Of a DNA stretch of 64,000 nucleotides, positions 24,932-37,572 are shown in pieces. This DNA is from Pavona decussata. Taxonomy: Eukaryota. The stretch is from positions 806,001 to 870,000 of the forward strand of contig CDRNST010000080.1 in the NCBI GenBank assembly GCA_977016875.1, given 5' to 3'. A program made the position numbers and the translations under genes. The notes under the pieces are model-generated. The model searched no databases and was not told the origin of the DNA. It worked only from the letters and a program-made list of their open reading frames with translations. Positions within the stretch are counted from its first letter, which is position 1, and every line of letters starts with the position of its first letter.

Positions 24932-27900
24932 TTAATTTGCTTCATTTATCCACGTGAATTCGCTATAGTCAATTTCTCCATCGCCGTCTTCATCCAGCAT
25001 GTCAATCAATTTGGTCAGCTGATCATCCGTCATGGGAACTCCAATGCCCTTTAGTCCCGTTCGAAACTCCTCCCTGGTCACTGACAAGCTATTATCTTTG
25101 TCAAACTGGTTAAACAGGTCTATCAACCGGTAATTCTTGTCCTCTACGTACTTTTTAAGGATGTAGATCAGGTCATTCTTCTTGTTTTTCCCGTAAATAT
25201 CGTCAAGGGCGTCCAATTTTTCCGATCTTTTGCTAAAAGTGCAGGTGATTGTTAAACCTGGGTGTTGCCCCATTAGCAACTTTACAAGTTCTTGGGTCTC
25301 TAATGTGACTACAACACTGTTGAGAAGGATTTTCTCCAAGGCGGTGTCCACGTTGTTTTTCATAGCTGTGAGCAAGGCAAACGCGCCGTTATTTTGTAGT
25401 GGATTTAGTCCAATCCTGCAAGATACAAAAAAAATCCCGGTGTGTGGACTAGTATGTTTAGTCTCTTCTGTAATTAAAGGGAAGTATCATGGGTTTTTTG
25501 GTATCTTTTGTTAAAAATGATGAAATATGACCTTCAATCAGCTGCCAAATAATTATAGAATGACGAGAGGAAAGAAATCAACTCAATTCTTGAAAGGAAC
25601 AACTCGTGATATGTTCTGGCGCATTTTGGAAACAAAAATGCGAGAACTTGAAAAACATTAGGCTAATATTTTTCAAGTTTCAGTCCATACTGGCCTACTC
25701 TGTCTCTAGTCAGAGGCACTAATCGACAGTTTCATCGCACTGGGATGATAATTTAAAACAAAATTAGACAATTATTTCTTTGTTTCTGCTGACAGAGAAA
25801 CATTTTTGGGTTTTGAAATGACAGCAAATTTGCGTGTACTTCCCCTTTAAAGGGACTATGTAAGCTGGGGCACATGCGCAGCAGAGTCCGGTTGAGACTA
25901 ATTTACATGTAACTCGTCGCAGGATTTTTGCTTTTCCGCCATTGCAAAAGCTTTCAAAAATATCGCAACAAACATCTTCTGTAATTACTAAAGGACGTTT
26001 GTAAATTAAACATTCAGCTAACTTTCCCGAAATGAACGCGATTCAAACAGATTAAAACAGCTTCCTGAATTCTCCGATGGTATTTGAAAAAGTTGGCCAA
26101 CCATTGCAAAGAGATTCTCATCAACGCGCGCATGCGCCTGGGGTGACAGAGTGTCTTTAAGAAGACGAATGAGTTTAGCCCAATCTTGCAAACTACACAG
26201 ATCATGTGACTAACTCAATTCCAATTAAGTATAAGGCCTGGGTGCTAAATCAAATTCCAATGCCAAGTAATTTCGGCGTAAAATTTGATACCAAGAAATT
26301 AAAAAGAAAGCAGGTTAAATTAAAAAGGCAGCTTTTTCTGACAAAATTTGAGCAATGTAGCTGAGAAAAATTAAAGCAGTTACGTTTTCGACTGTTTCAA
26401 CTCGGCTTTGTAAGGGTTTATAGACAAATGCATGAAAGAAATAATACATGATTCAGACGTTTTCAACATCTACAAAATCCCTCAGATTATCTGATCGCTA
26501 ATTTGTTTATATTTCAAATTTAAGGAAATTGTCCAAGTCGGATTTGGGATATTTCCCAGTTTGGGCAATTGTTCCCTCATTTTCCAAAAGATAAAAGCTA
26601 TGATCCTTAATTATCGCCAATTATAGATTGTATTCCCGCAATAATACACTCAGAGTCCCAGAATTGACCGAAGTCAAGAAAACGATACCAACAGTGATAG
26701 TTCACAAACCTTAGAATTTTTAAAGTGTTGTTGATTTGAAGGCCTTTAGCAAACGCCAACGCCCCTTCAGTAGAGATTCTGTTGTTGGTCAAATCCAAAT
26801 CAGTCAATGTGTTATTCTCCTTCAGTGATTCCCCGAACGCCGCGGCCCCTTCGTCAGCTAAACCATTCCAGGATATGTCGAGATTCTGCAAGCTACAGTT
26901 GGCACGAAGACCTCTGCCGATGGCCACTCCTCCCTTGCCGCGCAAGTGATTCCAGCTGAGATTTAGATATTCTAATCCACCGTTCGCGTCAATGGCGGGA
27001 CCTAAAACAGATTTAGTTCCTTAGATTTAGAAACGATTTTTGGCACAGAGTGCAGACAATGACGCAATTAGGATTTTGCACTGATTTCAGTCGCCCAAGT
27101 CACAAATAAAAATTGAATTTTACGCACTCTCTTCTTCAACTTTTGTGCCATTTATTTCTCAAACTAAAGTGTAAGTTATATTGTTGGTTCATTCATCGCG
27201 TGGTTAGCTGTCCAATTTACGGCGATTTTTGGGAGCGGATTTTCTGAGGTTTGAATTACATTCAACTCGACTCAATGAAATATGATGTATGAAATGACCG
27301 TAACTTACTCCTAGAATTTATCATGATGAGTACTTCGCGGCGTGCTCTAAATCTAATAAGCCAGCAAAACGTTTAATGTGGTGCGACACACTTTCAAAAA
27401 GCTAATACAGCACATTATTATTTTTTTTTTTTCGAAAAGCGACCAATCGGGGCGATTTACTCTCAATAGAAATCACAAAGAAACTTCTGTATCTACGTTA
27501 TGCTCACCAAATAACATCCCGGCCTCCTCTGCAAACCCATTATGACTCAAGTCAAGCCATGTTAATGTTTGATTGACGCGGATGCCTTCCGCCAGACACT
27601 CTGCATCTTTGTCTTTAAAATCATTCCATGACAAGTTTAACTTCTTGATGGTGCTATTATCACTAAGCACCTCTGCCACGGCCTGGGCGCCAGGGCTCTT
27701 GATCTTGTTTTGAGACAGGTCCAATTCAGTTATGTAGAAGTTTTCTTTTAGTAACCTGGCGATGTAACCGGCGCCATCAGGACCTGGATAAAAAGAAATA
27801 ATACAGTGGCGATGGCTGAAGATAACTTGTGGTTATGAATGGGACAGTACTTCTATTTGACTCTACAAAACTCTTACAGCTTGTACGGTAGCGAGGCAGC

Positions 27901-30900
27901 CCTGACCAAGTGAATTCTCATTTTCTTGGTTGCACAGTAACCCGTTGAAATGAAGCACGATTCCTTCCTAGGATTTTAACCTCTTGTGAGCGAGGCGATC
28001 AACCACTCCCTCTTATTCACTCCGAAAGAGACTTTGCCATAGGGCTAGCCTCAAAAATACCCTGAAAGAGAAAGGCCGTGCCTTTCGAAATATTGGAAAA
28101 ATATATTTCCCTGACCCTGAAATCAACCTTCTTTTATTAGATTATTTTGTCTACAATTTTTTGCTGATTAGATCCTTGACTACAGGATTCGGTACTTTTC
28201 TTTCGTCGCGGTGGTCCTTTCAAACACAGTTATTGCTGTTTTACTGATTAGCTATGTCACCAAGACAACTCCTGAACTTTTTAAGTCGCTTCCGGGTCTC
28301 TTCTAACGTAACAGTTTAATCTGTGGACAAAACTCTGATATGATCAGATAAAAGCAAGGAGCAGTACTTTCATGTATTGGTTGTCGCATTGATGTATCTC
28401 GACATTTTCAAATTTTTACAAATTTCGAGCATGCATGAGTAGGAAATGATTGACAGATCACAATTTACCTATGGCGCAGTCTCGTAAGTTTACTGTTGTT
28501 GTTGTCGTGTTTCTCATGAGTGCAAACGCGATAGCCCGGGCGCCACTCGGTCCCAGTCCATGGTGGTTGATGTCAATTTTCTCCCGCGTGATGTGTTCTA
28601 CAACGAAGGAGACTGGGATGATTCCGAGTTGCGAACAAGCATCCCGGTACGCTTTGCGACCTAGAAAGATGGAGATAGCATACTTAGAGCTCACGACTAA
28701 ATAGTGTTTGCCATACTTAATTACCGTTAGACAACTGTTTCCCAAAAAAGACGACATGTAAAACTGTTGGTGTCTTAAAATGTGCAAAGGCAAGAAAACT
28801 GGCTAAACGGAATCGCGTACACGAACGTGGTAATGATAACGGCCTTGCTGGCGTCACTCCTAAAACAGTCTAAAAATTCCTAATTTGTTCTCTCCCGTGA
28901 AGCAATAATGGTGAGCTTACGTACAACACGGCTGAGGGAAGAGACTCAATTTTCGACTTAAACTGTTGGCCTTTGAAAGTTCACAGAATGAAAGAAGCGA
29001 GAGATAGGCAAGTCAGTTACAGTGAAATATCCGCGTGTAATATTTAGCTACTACGCTGGTTACACGAAGACAATTCAGTTTCCATCCCCCTAATTCCAGT
29101 AACAGTCTTGTTGCGTAAGCTCAATGTTGGGTACGAACCGTACAACAGAGTTTCAGAGCGTGTCCTTCCGATGAGTACGTCAACATTTGACATCGTTTAC
29201 ATGCGAAATTGTTGCGCGCGTCAATTTGGGGGGAGCCGTAATGTCATGTGCATCGTTACACTGTGCTTGCATCAGTGGTCATAAAACTCTATTAACGCTC
29301 TATTGAACAAAGCCTTGAACTTTAAAATTAGGTAAGATTGAAGTAAGTCATACATGTTCACGCTTACCAGGATTCTTGACAATTACCTAGCTTGCAAAGA
29401 CAGATACGCTGACAAAATTTGTACTGACTAATAGCTACTAATCCAGGTCTAGCATCTTGCTTCTGATCTTATTTGAATCTACCTCACCCTCACCTGTCGG
29501 ATCATACTCTTCACGAGGCTGTTCATACTCCAGATCTGTATCATAATCACTATCTTCAGCTGGCTCTCCGTCCGAGTACTGCTCCGATTTAGGTGCGTCT
29601 TCCGCTGGAGTGGGGACTGGGGTCAATCTACTCTTCCCAGTTCCTGCTCGCTTGGATTTTGCTGCAAATGGAGAACCTACTTGAAACGCCTCGTTTGAAA
29701 GAAAGAACAAGGACGCATCTAAACCAGTCAGTCGCTCAACGCTTTAATCTGCGTAACTACTCTGACAAACACATGGCAGTCTGTGGCATTTCCCTTCATC
29801 ATGGTAACTCAGAAACTCGCCAAACTTTAGAACAAAAATTTATCTTCTAAATCGCCACTCTTAATCCCCACGGAATCAACGAACGTTTTTCGTTCGACTA
29901 ATTCGCTTTCCACTTCACCATGATTTCATCATATAGCGTAGTTCCACTGCCCACTATATAAATACAAACAGCCTACCATTCCTTGATTCGCTCTGTCGAA
30001 GGGCTAATTAAGTTAAAGGCTCGAAACGTCAGCTCTTGAATCTCTTTATTACGGTGGCCAATTTACCTTTAGTTATCAACTGTTGAAAAACCAAACATTC
30101 GTTTCTACTCCCTACCCCACAGTTTCTATTGAAACTAACCCCCTTAGCCTAAGGTGTAATTATTGCTACTGTACTTTTATGCAAGAATAGCAAAAAATAT
30201 AGCACAGTTGTACAAAACACTGATTCACTCAACACTGCAAACAAATCGACTCACTCCGAGGGCAGTTCATTTTCATTCCTTGACTCTGAACTGAATACAG
30301 ATGAACAGATAATTCACAACATCTCAGTTTCAGCTTTCCCACAACACCTATGCCTTTTATACTATATGCTCTGTTTGATCCTAAGATATTCTCTGCAGTA
30401 GACCTAAAACTGAAGCTTTTTTGAATGTAACACCACAAGTTTTCGGGGATCTTTCGACTGAACGAATGGGCCAATCGAAAAGCCAAATTATAAATGCGGC
30501 GCAAGTCACGTTCTGTCATTATCAATTAGATTCTGCCTTAAGACTAGTTAACTGAAATATGGCCAACTTTTATGCAATAATTTCCCCGCCGCATTTAATA
30601 CATCGCATCGATTTCGTTAAATCAGCATTTTAATGTTAACAAAAAATACATTCATCGAAACTCCACAAATTTTCTTAATTATTGAGCAGTAAACGGCCAG
30701 ATGTGGAACGTATTTCACTCTAGATTTCTAACTTTATCCTGGCACGGATAACAATACCCTTTTTTGTCATGGAAATGAGTAATCCCATATACCGCTTATC
30801 TCATCCGTTGTTATCCTTTTTAACTTGAAAAAAGATAACTCCTTATTTTAGAGCTCTCTTACTCTTCACGATGTCATCGTACTCACCGCTGGAAAGCCTA

Positions 30901-31067
30901 CTTCTTCCGCTTTTCTGCCTGCTTTTGGAGTCGCTTTCAGTTATAATACCCTCTTTAACTTCGGTCCGGGAACTGTCAATCCTTATGTTGTGATTAGCGT
31001 CCACGTCTTGTACATTGAAAGCAGGCACGCTTTGCGTAGCTATCTTTTCTTCGTTTTCACCGGACAT
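24932..31067 (-). CDS. LRRC74: LRRC74-like RI-type leucine-rich-repeat protein with a C-terminal EF-hand pair (~530 aa, 6 coding exons)
   Basis: Exons 30887-31067, 29494-29661 (or -29676), 28469-28660, 27508-27783, 26710-27001 and 24932-25415, all with GT-AG boundaries and matching phases (1,1,1,1,2). Repeated LxxLDLSxNxI LRRs; YDPTGRKAYRDACSQLGIIPVS motif; EF loops DKDNSLSVTREE and DEDGDGEIDYSE. Probable 5'UTR exon with its donor edge at 32775. Confidence 0.88.
25478..25846. mobile_element. TTAA-flanked MITE (Kolobok-like) in LRRC74 intron 5
   Basis: TTAA|AGGGAAGTA ... TACTTCCCCT|TTAA. Confidence 0.75.
25851..26156. mobile_element. Second TTAA-flanked MITE, sharing the TTAA at 25847-25850
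   Basis: TTAA|AGGGACTATGTAAGCTGGGGCACATGCGC ... GCGCATGCGCCTGGGGTGACAGAGTGTCT|TTAA. Confidence 0.7.
28060..28096 (+). ncRNA. Degenerate minimal hammerhead ribozyme motif inside a retroelement-like repeat
   Basis: CC-CTGAAAGA-GAAAGGC-CGT-GCCTTTC-GAAA-TATT-GG: perfect 7-bp stem II and GAAA box; the CUGANGA box has one extra nucleotide. Confidence 0.4.
29695..30145 (+). mobile_element. Penelope-like retroelement 3' fragment (end of GIY-YIG endonuclease plus pLTR with a decayed hammerhead)
   Basis: Translates, across a 4-bp duplication and one stop, to KDASKPV/AQRFNLRNYSDKHMAVCGISLHHGNSETRQTLEQKFIF*IATLNPHGINERF, the typical PLE endonuclease C-terminus. Followed by GCT-CTGTCGA-AGGGC...GCTC-GAAA-CGTC-AGC (29990-30033). 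Confidence 0.8.
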
Positions 31068-32942
31068 TTTGCGTCAAGAATATCTGCAAGTCAACAGATA
31101 AGAGATACATTTGTTAGACTTAATCCTTCTGGATCATCTAAAATCCTATGCTCAAAATCTTTTCAAATCTACTACAATTGTATAATAGTCGTACAGTTCA
31201 AGAAGCGAATTTGGATCAGTCATTCCACGATTTCGGTTGACTTTCAATTGAGGATGACACCCTAAATATTTCAAAAGAAACAGTACACTGAACCTTCATT
31301 ATGTTCAAAAAACGAACACGTCTTTTTGCTTTTAGCCAAAAGGCATAAAAAGGTTATTTCCGACCGCAGTGAGCAGATGTTATTATGCAATTTTCGTTAA
31401 TTTTCGTAAGGCCATTAGTTTAGGAAAAGATTCATTTTGAGAGTTCTATTCGAGAGTTTTCCATTATCCTTCGCCGATCAATATATATCTGTCAGAATAT
31501 ACCTTTTTCGAGTATAATGCATTACTGATGCATTGCTTAATGGAGTTTTCGTCTTTAGGGAGTCGTAAATATAAAGTGCGTAATTTTACGAAATAAGAAC
31601 AAAGAACATGTGAAATAATTGCAGCTTTATTGAGAGAAAAGAGAAGCTACTTTATTTTCCATGCAAGAGATAATTAGTAGATGATGGCAGCAGGATTTCT
31701 TTTTATCACATTACATTACCTCTCAATACACGAAAAGTAACCAGCCGTTTGTTTTATTTTTATATTTATTTTTAATTTTTCTTATACGGGCTACGTGCTA
31801 GAGGACACATCTTTGGGTGTTCACAGGTTACTGGGAAATGATTCGAATAAAAAGCACAACGATTTTGAGTTTGAAAAACATGTTTTTATTTGAACATAAG
31901 CCATCTTCAGTTGTTCGAATCATTTCTTGTTTCCTGAGAAACAATTTCAAGAGCACGCTTATAAAACATCTTATGATATACCGTAGTAATGGTCAAATCC
32001 AAATAGCTTTGACAACGACGTTTTTAAATAGAGAAGAGGATATGAAAAGATGGATTGATCATGTCATGGTTACAAACTTTAGGTGCTATGAAAAAGACAT
32101 CGGTTTGCCGAGGAACTAATGTTTACGCGACCGAAACTATCCCATCAGATTTCGCGCTCACAAAATATTCGATGCCCACTTGTGCAAATAACCACAACAA
32201 ATAACTACTAAAGACATTTAAAATGTACTATCGTTTCAGTGTTTGACCGATTTGCATTTGATCGTAGTAGACTGGCCATGGCTGACTAGCTGCACTCTTT
32301 CATCAAGCAGAATTGCCGCACATTGTCCTTCTACTATCAAACCGCAACCATGATGATTTACGATAAGTCGGTTGTGACATTAATTTTTCCGGTTTTCTAA
32401 AGAAACTATAAATGTCATTATGCAAAGAAGTAAAGCTTTTGTAAAAATACGGTTCAATAGCATTCATGAACTGGCAATTTGCATTCGAATATGTTTCTTT
32501 CCAACAATACTCACTCACGGATATTTCCTAAACCAAACACTTCCTTAAAAACGAACATTTGTCGGCTCAATAACGACCAGACAGCAGTACATTTCACTTT
32601 ATCACCTCGCAGCAAATGCAAAAATCAAATTGATATGTAAACAAACAGTTACAAGCAAATATATTAAACCGAGAAGAAACAAACGAACACTTGACAAACA
32701 AATGATAATAATTCCGCGAAAAATCCAAATGAACAATAACATCTTAACTTTTAACAACATCGGACATACTTTACCAAGTCTTTCCTCTGTCGTACGTAAG
32801 TTATTTTCGTCTCTTTCGTGTGGTGCGCCTTCAGCTAATGGACGAAATTTACTGACTTGACGTTCGCAAATAATATCATGAATAAATTGCTTTGCTTTGA
32901 ATGTCGCAGGCAGCGCACTTGTGCGTAATTAGTTCAATAACC

Positions 32943-32955
32943 GCTGCTTAGCAAC
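32943..32955. promoter_or_regulatory. Putative RFX X-box upstream of the LRRC74-like gene
   Basis: GCTGCTTAGCAAC is a near-consensus X-box ~170 bp from the predicted first donor at 32775. X-boxes mark ciliary genes. Confidence 0.45.
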
Positions 32956-33902
32956 GCAGATGCTTTTCAATAAATATTACTCTAGTTCATTGTTTCCTGT
33001 TGTATCTCTTGAGTATTCACGCTCTAGCCTCATGGAAAAGTTGAATGGTATCTGGATGTAATAATCCTTTGTCATTTTGATGCTTTAGAAAGCGGACACA
33101 ACTCAAAATAACGGGTTGTTTACAACAAATTTCTGGCACCCTGTAATCTTGATAATGTGGGTGCATAATTGAATGTTATTCAAAAGTAGTGATTGTGTTC
33201 AACTTTGAATTCCTGTTTAAATTTTAAAATTGCCATGCAAACTAATAGACATAAATGCAACAGCAATTCACTGACGGTGTCCGCCAATGGAAGACATTTT
33301 CCTAGGACTTTTCAGGCCCCGTCCACAATTAAAGGTTCTCGTTTGAAAATGCGCACATTTCAAGGCGTTTTGGCCTGTTTGTCCAAACTGGAACGATCGA
33401 ATTCTGATCGTCTCACTGAACAGGCAAACATTCAGCTCTCCAGCGTTGAGTCATTTGAAAACGAAGCCTATTGTGTTTCTGTGGACAGCAAAAAGGAGTG
33501 CATTTGTCGCGTCCGCAAATGATGTCCCTCGGCGTGCCAGCCATTATCGACCTCAGAGCTTTTGGCTTGACTGCGCAAGTCCCTTGCGCAAAAGGGAAGC
33601 TGACTCTGGGACAATCTCGACCCCAGAGTCCGCATGCTTTTTAGGCCAGCGGACGCCACACGTCAGCGTCCAAGTACGGTACACGGCAAACGGGAGCCAG
33701 TTCGCTTTATGTTTTCTTTAAACAATTAGTGCATAGATGCCGAATAGTGCAAAATAATTCTGGCCTTTCATGCTAACGCAAAACTACTCAATTTTACTGA
33801 GAAACTGCGACCGGCAACTGGAAGGATAAACATAGTCACGTGGTCATTTCTTCCGGTGGCGTTTGCCGTACAGCATAATCATAAATCACTCCAATATCAC
33901 AG

Positions 33903-34158
33903 TAGCCTGCAGAACAGGCGTTATTAATTTATTTGTTTATTTATTTATTTTTGCGTTTTTCAGGCGAGCGGAGTCAAGCACGAGGAAAGCGCGGAGCGCG
34001 AGTCACGCGCTACGGGAGGGGCGCGAAAAAACTGATTAGTTATGTTTTTTCGCGCACCTCTCGTCGCGCGTGACTCGCGCTCCGCGCTAGCCTCGTGCTT
34101 GCCTCTGCTATTCTGAAAAAGCGTAAAAAAATAATAGTGACGCCTGTTCTTTAGGCTA
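33903..34158. mobile_element. Fold-back MITE
   Basis: TAGCCT...AGAACAGGCG / CGCCTGTTCT...AGGCTA ends and internal AGCGCGGAGCGCGAGTCACGCGC / GCGCGTGACTCGCGCTCCGCGCT. Confidence 0.8.
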
Positions 34159-35830
34159 ATATCACAGATAACAGCGTATTTTTTCTCCCCACTTTTGCGC
34201 TTTACAACTTCGCAGTGTAGCAAACTAGTTAGTCCCATCACCTTTACGTCCGTTATCTTGTTAGTTTCGGGAAGCTGACTAGCGGTCTTATAACATAAAA
34301 TCTAAAAAAAGAGCAAGGCTGATTTCACGGTCAGGGAAGTATAACATAAAAGCGGTTCTGAACCGGTAGCGTGGGAGCGAGCACGCTTCCCCACGCAGTT
34401 ATCGACGCTCAACGCGAGTACCCGCGTGATCATGTCTAGCGCAGTAAAAAAGATATCTTTTCTAAACTAAAACAATATACTCTTTTCCACGGGAACGTAA
34501 GCTCTTAGTTGATTGATGGATTGAATTAATTTTCGGTTCAGAGGGTAAGCCGAACGTTGCCCAGTTCATTCTATTGTTTAATAAATGCAAAAAAAAAAAA
34601 CGTTTCGTCGAGCTAGTCTATGAAAAAATTACCTCCCGACAACGAGTAAAAATAGACTAGTTGGGATGCGACTGAATCCAAACAAAAGATAGCATTGATG
34701 CGTCAGATATATAACTCATTCATTACTCCTCTTAACCTTCGAAATGTCGCCTTTGTTTTTATCTTGATAGCTATATATACAGTTCATTTAGATCGCAATT
34801 AAGAGAATTTAGCCAGTTTAGCAAGTTGACAGATTCACAACTGGTGATATCTTTCCATTTTGGCTGACACTCAAGTAATAAATGAAACTATAAGAAGAAA
34901 GTGCGATTATGTCGGGAATCCAAAACAGCTGATTTATCTTTGACAAAAACAACTGCGATTAATATTTTTAGCACGATTAAAGTCACGTTCCGGACCGCAG
35001 ATTTATAATCTTGAACAGCTTAAAGTAAAACCTAATTAAGTAACTACTTGGCCTGTAAATTACACTTAACCTTGACTTTCAAATGAGCCGCTACGTTAGT
35101 TAGGAAATTACCTCCTTTATTTAGAGTAAACGAATCAACCTGATTGGCTCGTATGCTGTCATTCGAGCGTTGCAGATGTACTGAGTCAAATAGCCTTTCA
35201 CCACCTCAGAGCTGGCGGTTAAACAATCTTAATTAGAAGAATACCCCTTTGCACCCATAGAACTATTCTTGTAGTCTGCTAGTATCTTTCGGAAGCTCGT
35301 GTTGACCCACTATCCTGAAACACCGGCTGTATACCGTACACGCCTGTTCAGCTCGCCTTGTTTACCGGAAACTGAAGGCGTAGCGGAATGGAGGCCGGTG
35401 CGGTCTGTACCCTACTTGTGTCAGTGGTTTGTACGGCCCAAGAAATGCCTTTTCAAAAATGCAGCAGATGTAGGAGTGTGATTTCAAGCATAACGAGAGA
35501 ATTGTTGTTTGTTTACTATACTAATTTTTTTCCGCTTTTTTCTTTCTTTTTTTTTTGTATTGGTGTACTATAGAAGTAATTCACGCTTCGAAAATCTTAA
35601 GCATTGTTTTCTAGATTATCTCATCTAAAATAATCAGCCTAGTTGTGGTTATCGAAAACAAAAAATATTAGTGAGGCCAAGCTAAAAGTAAGAAGTTATA
35701 ACTGATAAGTGACCGCAAGGGGATAACTTTAAGTTTTTTGTCAGCGATATGACGATTTATTTCATGAGTTTAAGTGAGGTTGACAAGTGAGATGTATTTT
35801 GCATACTCTCATGCAAAGTAAAAGCCAATG

Positions 35831-36068
35831 ATCATAACACGGTTCAACATTTGTTGAGCAACAAATGTTGCAGCTGCTGTTCAACAAATGTTGAACAGTG
35901 TATCATGTGATGTTGAACGTTGAAATATGCCGTTCAACATGTTGAAAGTTGTTGAACGAAAATAGAGCTTGGCTCTATTCCGTTCCACAAGTTACAAGTC
36001 AACAAGTGGCAACAATGTTCAACATTTGTTGATCAACAGAAGTTGAACGATGTTGAACCGTGTATGAT
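35831..36068. mobile_element. MITE rich in TCAACA/TGTTGA motifs
   Basis: Ends ATCATAACACGGTTCAACAT / ATGTTGAACCGTGTATGAT. Confidence 0.75.
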
Positions 36069-37308
36069 TCGCTAAGTTGCACCGTTTTGTGACTATAAAA
36101 AAAATACGTTGCGTTTCCCTGACAAACTGATTCTGGCAGCAGAATTGCAATGATGCAATGATGCCCTTGCCCCACATCTGCCGAGCTAGTAGCCGACTGA
36201 CAGAACTTTAATAAACTTTAATAAACGAATAACATTGCTGGTGGTGGTTTTCTTAAATTCACTTCTTCTTTCCAGGCTGGTTTACGGAAATCGTGCCCAT
36301 GATTTACACGCGTTTTGCATAATTTGGCACTCGACACTTTGAAAGCAATTTCTTCAAGAAAACAAAGTAAGAGAGATTAATATAGTGTATCCAAGGGAAA
36401 GATTTATATGATGTTCTATAATAATGTACAAAAATCAAGAAAAATCCTTTTAAACTCCGTCATCGATCAGTGTCGTGACGATATCGAACGAGCTTATCGT
36501 TCTGCCAGAGTGATGTTGAACGATCGGGAGGTGAATTAATATAGGTTCCCAATATATGTTATCAGAATATTGTCACGACACGTTTCTTAGATAGTACGTA
36601 ATTGTGAGCCCGTTCGCGTGTCGATCTAGCCGAAAATTTCAGACAAAGAGTATAAACGAACTACTTTTCTTGAAACAAGGGATTCGGTGGACACTGAAAC
36701 GTAGGTCATTCTGAAAACCAAGCACCAAATAAAGTTTAATTTAGTTTCGTGGATTAATGCCATATTCATTCAAATGACAAAAAATAGTTCATTGTCATAA
36801 AGTTGTTTTCTGTGCCGTTCACTGACAAAATACCAAGTCGGTCAGTATGGTTCTCAAACTTGAAAGAGATGTTTATAACTTCAACACAATTCCGCCAGGG
36901 GGAAATGATCAGCATTTTATCGCAAACTAGCAGTTTAGTAGCAAGTAGCTACGTGTAAGGTAACATTTTAGAACATTTAAGCAGTGCTCTTTGTCGAACA
37001 GTCTTGTCCGCGACACGTATGTGCTTGCTGTCTTCAATTAGTCGAAAGTATTCAAGTGTTGCGCTGTGGAGTCGGCCGGAAAGATCCCCACCGTAATACG
37101 GAAATGATTCGTTCACAGTCACAGAGAGGTACAGCCGCCAAGAAGTTCAGTTCTTTCTCCGTTGACTGATAGATTTATAATTATAATTAAGAGTGTTATG
37201 GCTCGTGACAGTAATTAAACTTAATATCATTAAACATGTTGAGTTTATAACCTGAAGTCTGATCTCAGTTCATTTCAGTTGGTCATCAATTCAGCTCATT
37301 TCGCTTTG

Positions 37309-37572
37309 TTAGACTTGACCGTTCCACTCGGTTGAGAGGTACAGACCAGTTCGGAAGTTACTAACGCCTCTGTCTGCTAACAAGTTCCTTTTCTTTCGAA
37401 TTTCGTCAAAATAGCTTGAAGCAAAATCCACCAAATCTTCAGGATTGGGTTTTTCATTTAGCGCAGTAATCGTGAATCCCTCCATGAGACAAATAAGTTC
37501 CTCTGTAATACAAGCACGGCGTACGAATTTAGACGACAACTTTCTGTCAGCAGAAGATATTTTTTGGTGCAT
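37309..37572 (-). CDS. RIIa D/D-domain microprotein 1 (87 aa)
   Basis: ITEELICLMEGFTITALNEKPNPEDLVDFASSYFDEIR fits the RIIa dimerisation/docking pattern. Ends EWNGQV*, as does its paralogue. Confidence 0.75.
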   Translation of the reverse strand: MHQKISSADRKLSSKFVRRACITEELICLMEGFTITALNEKPNPEDLVDFASSYFDEIRKKRNLLADRGVSNFRTGLYLSTEWNGQV

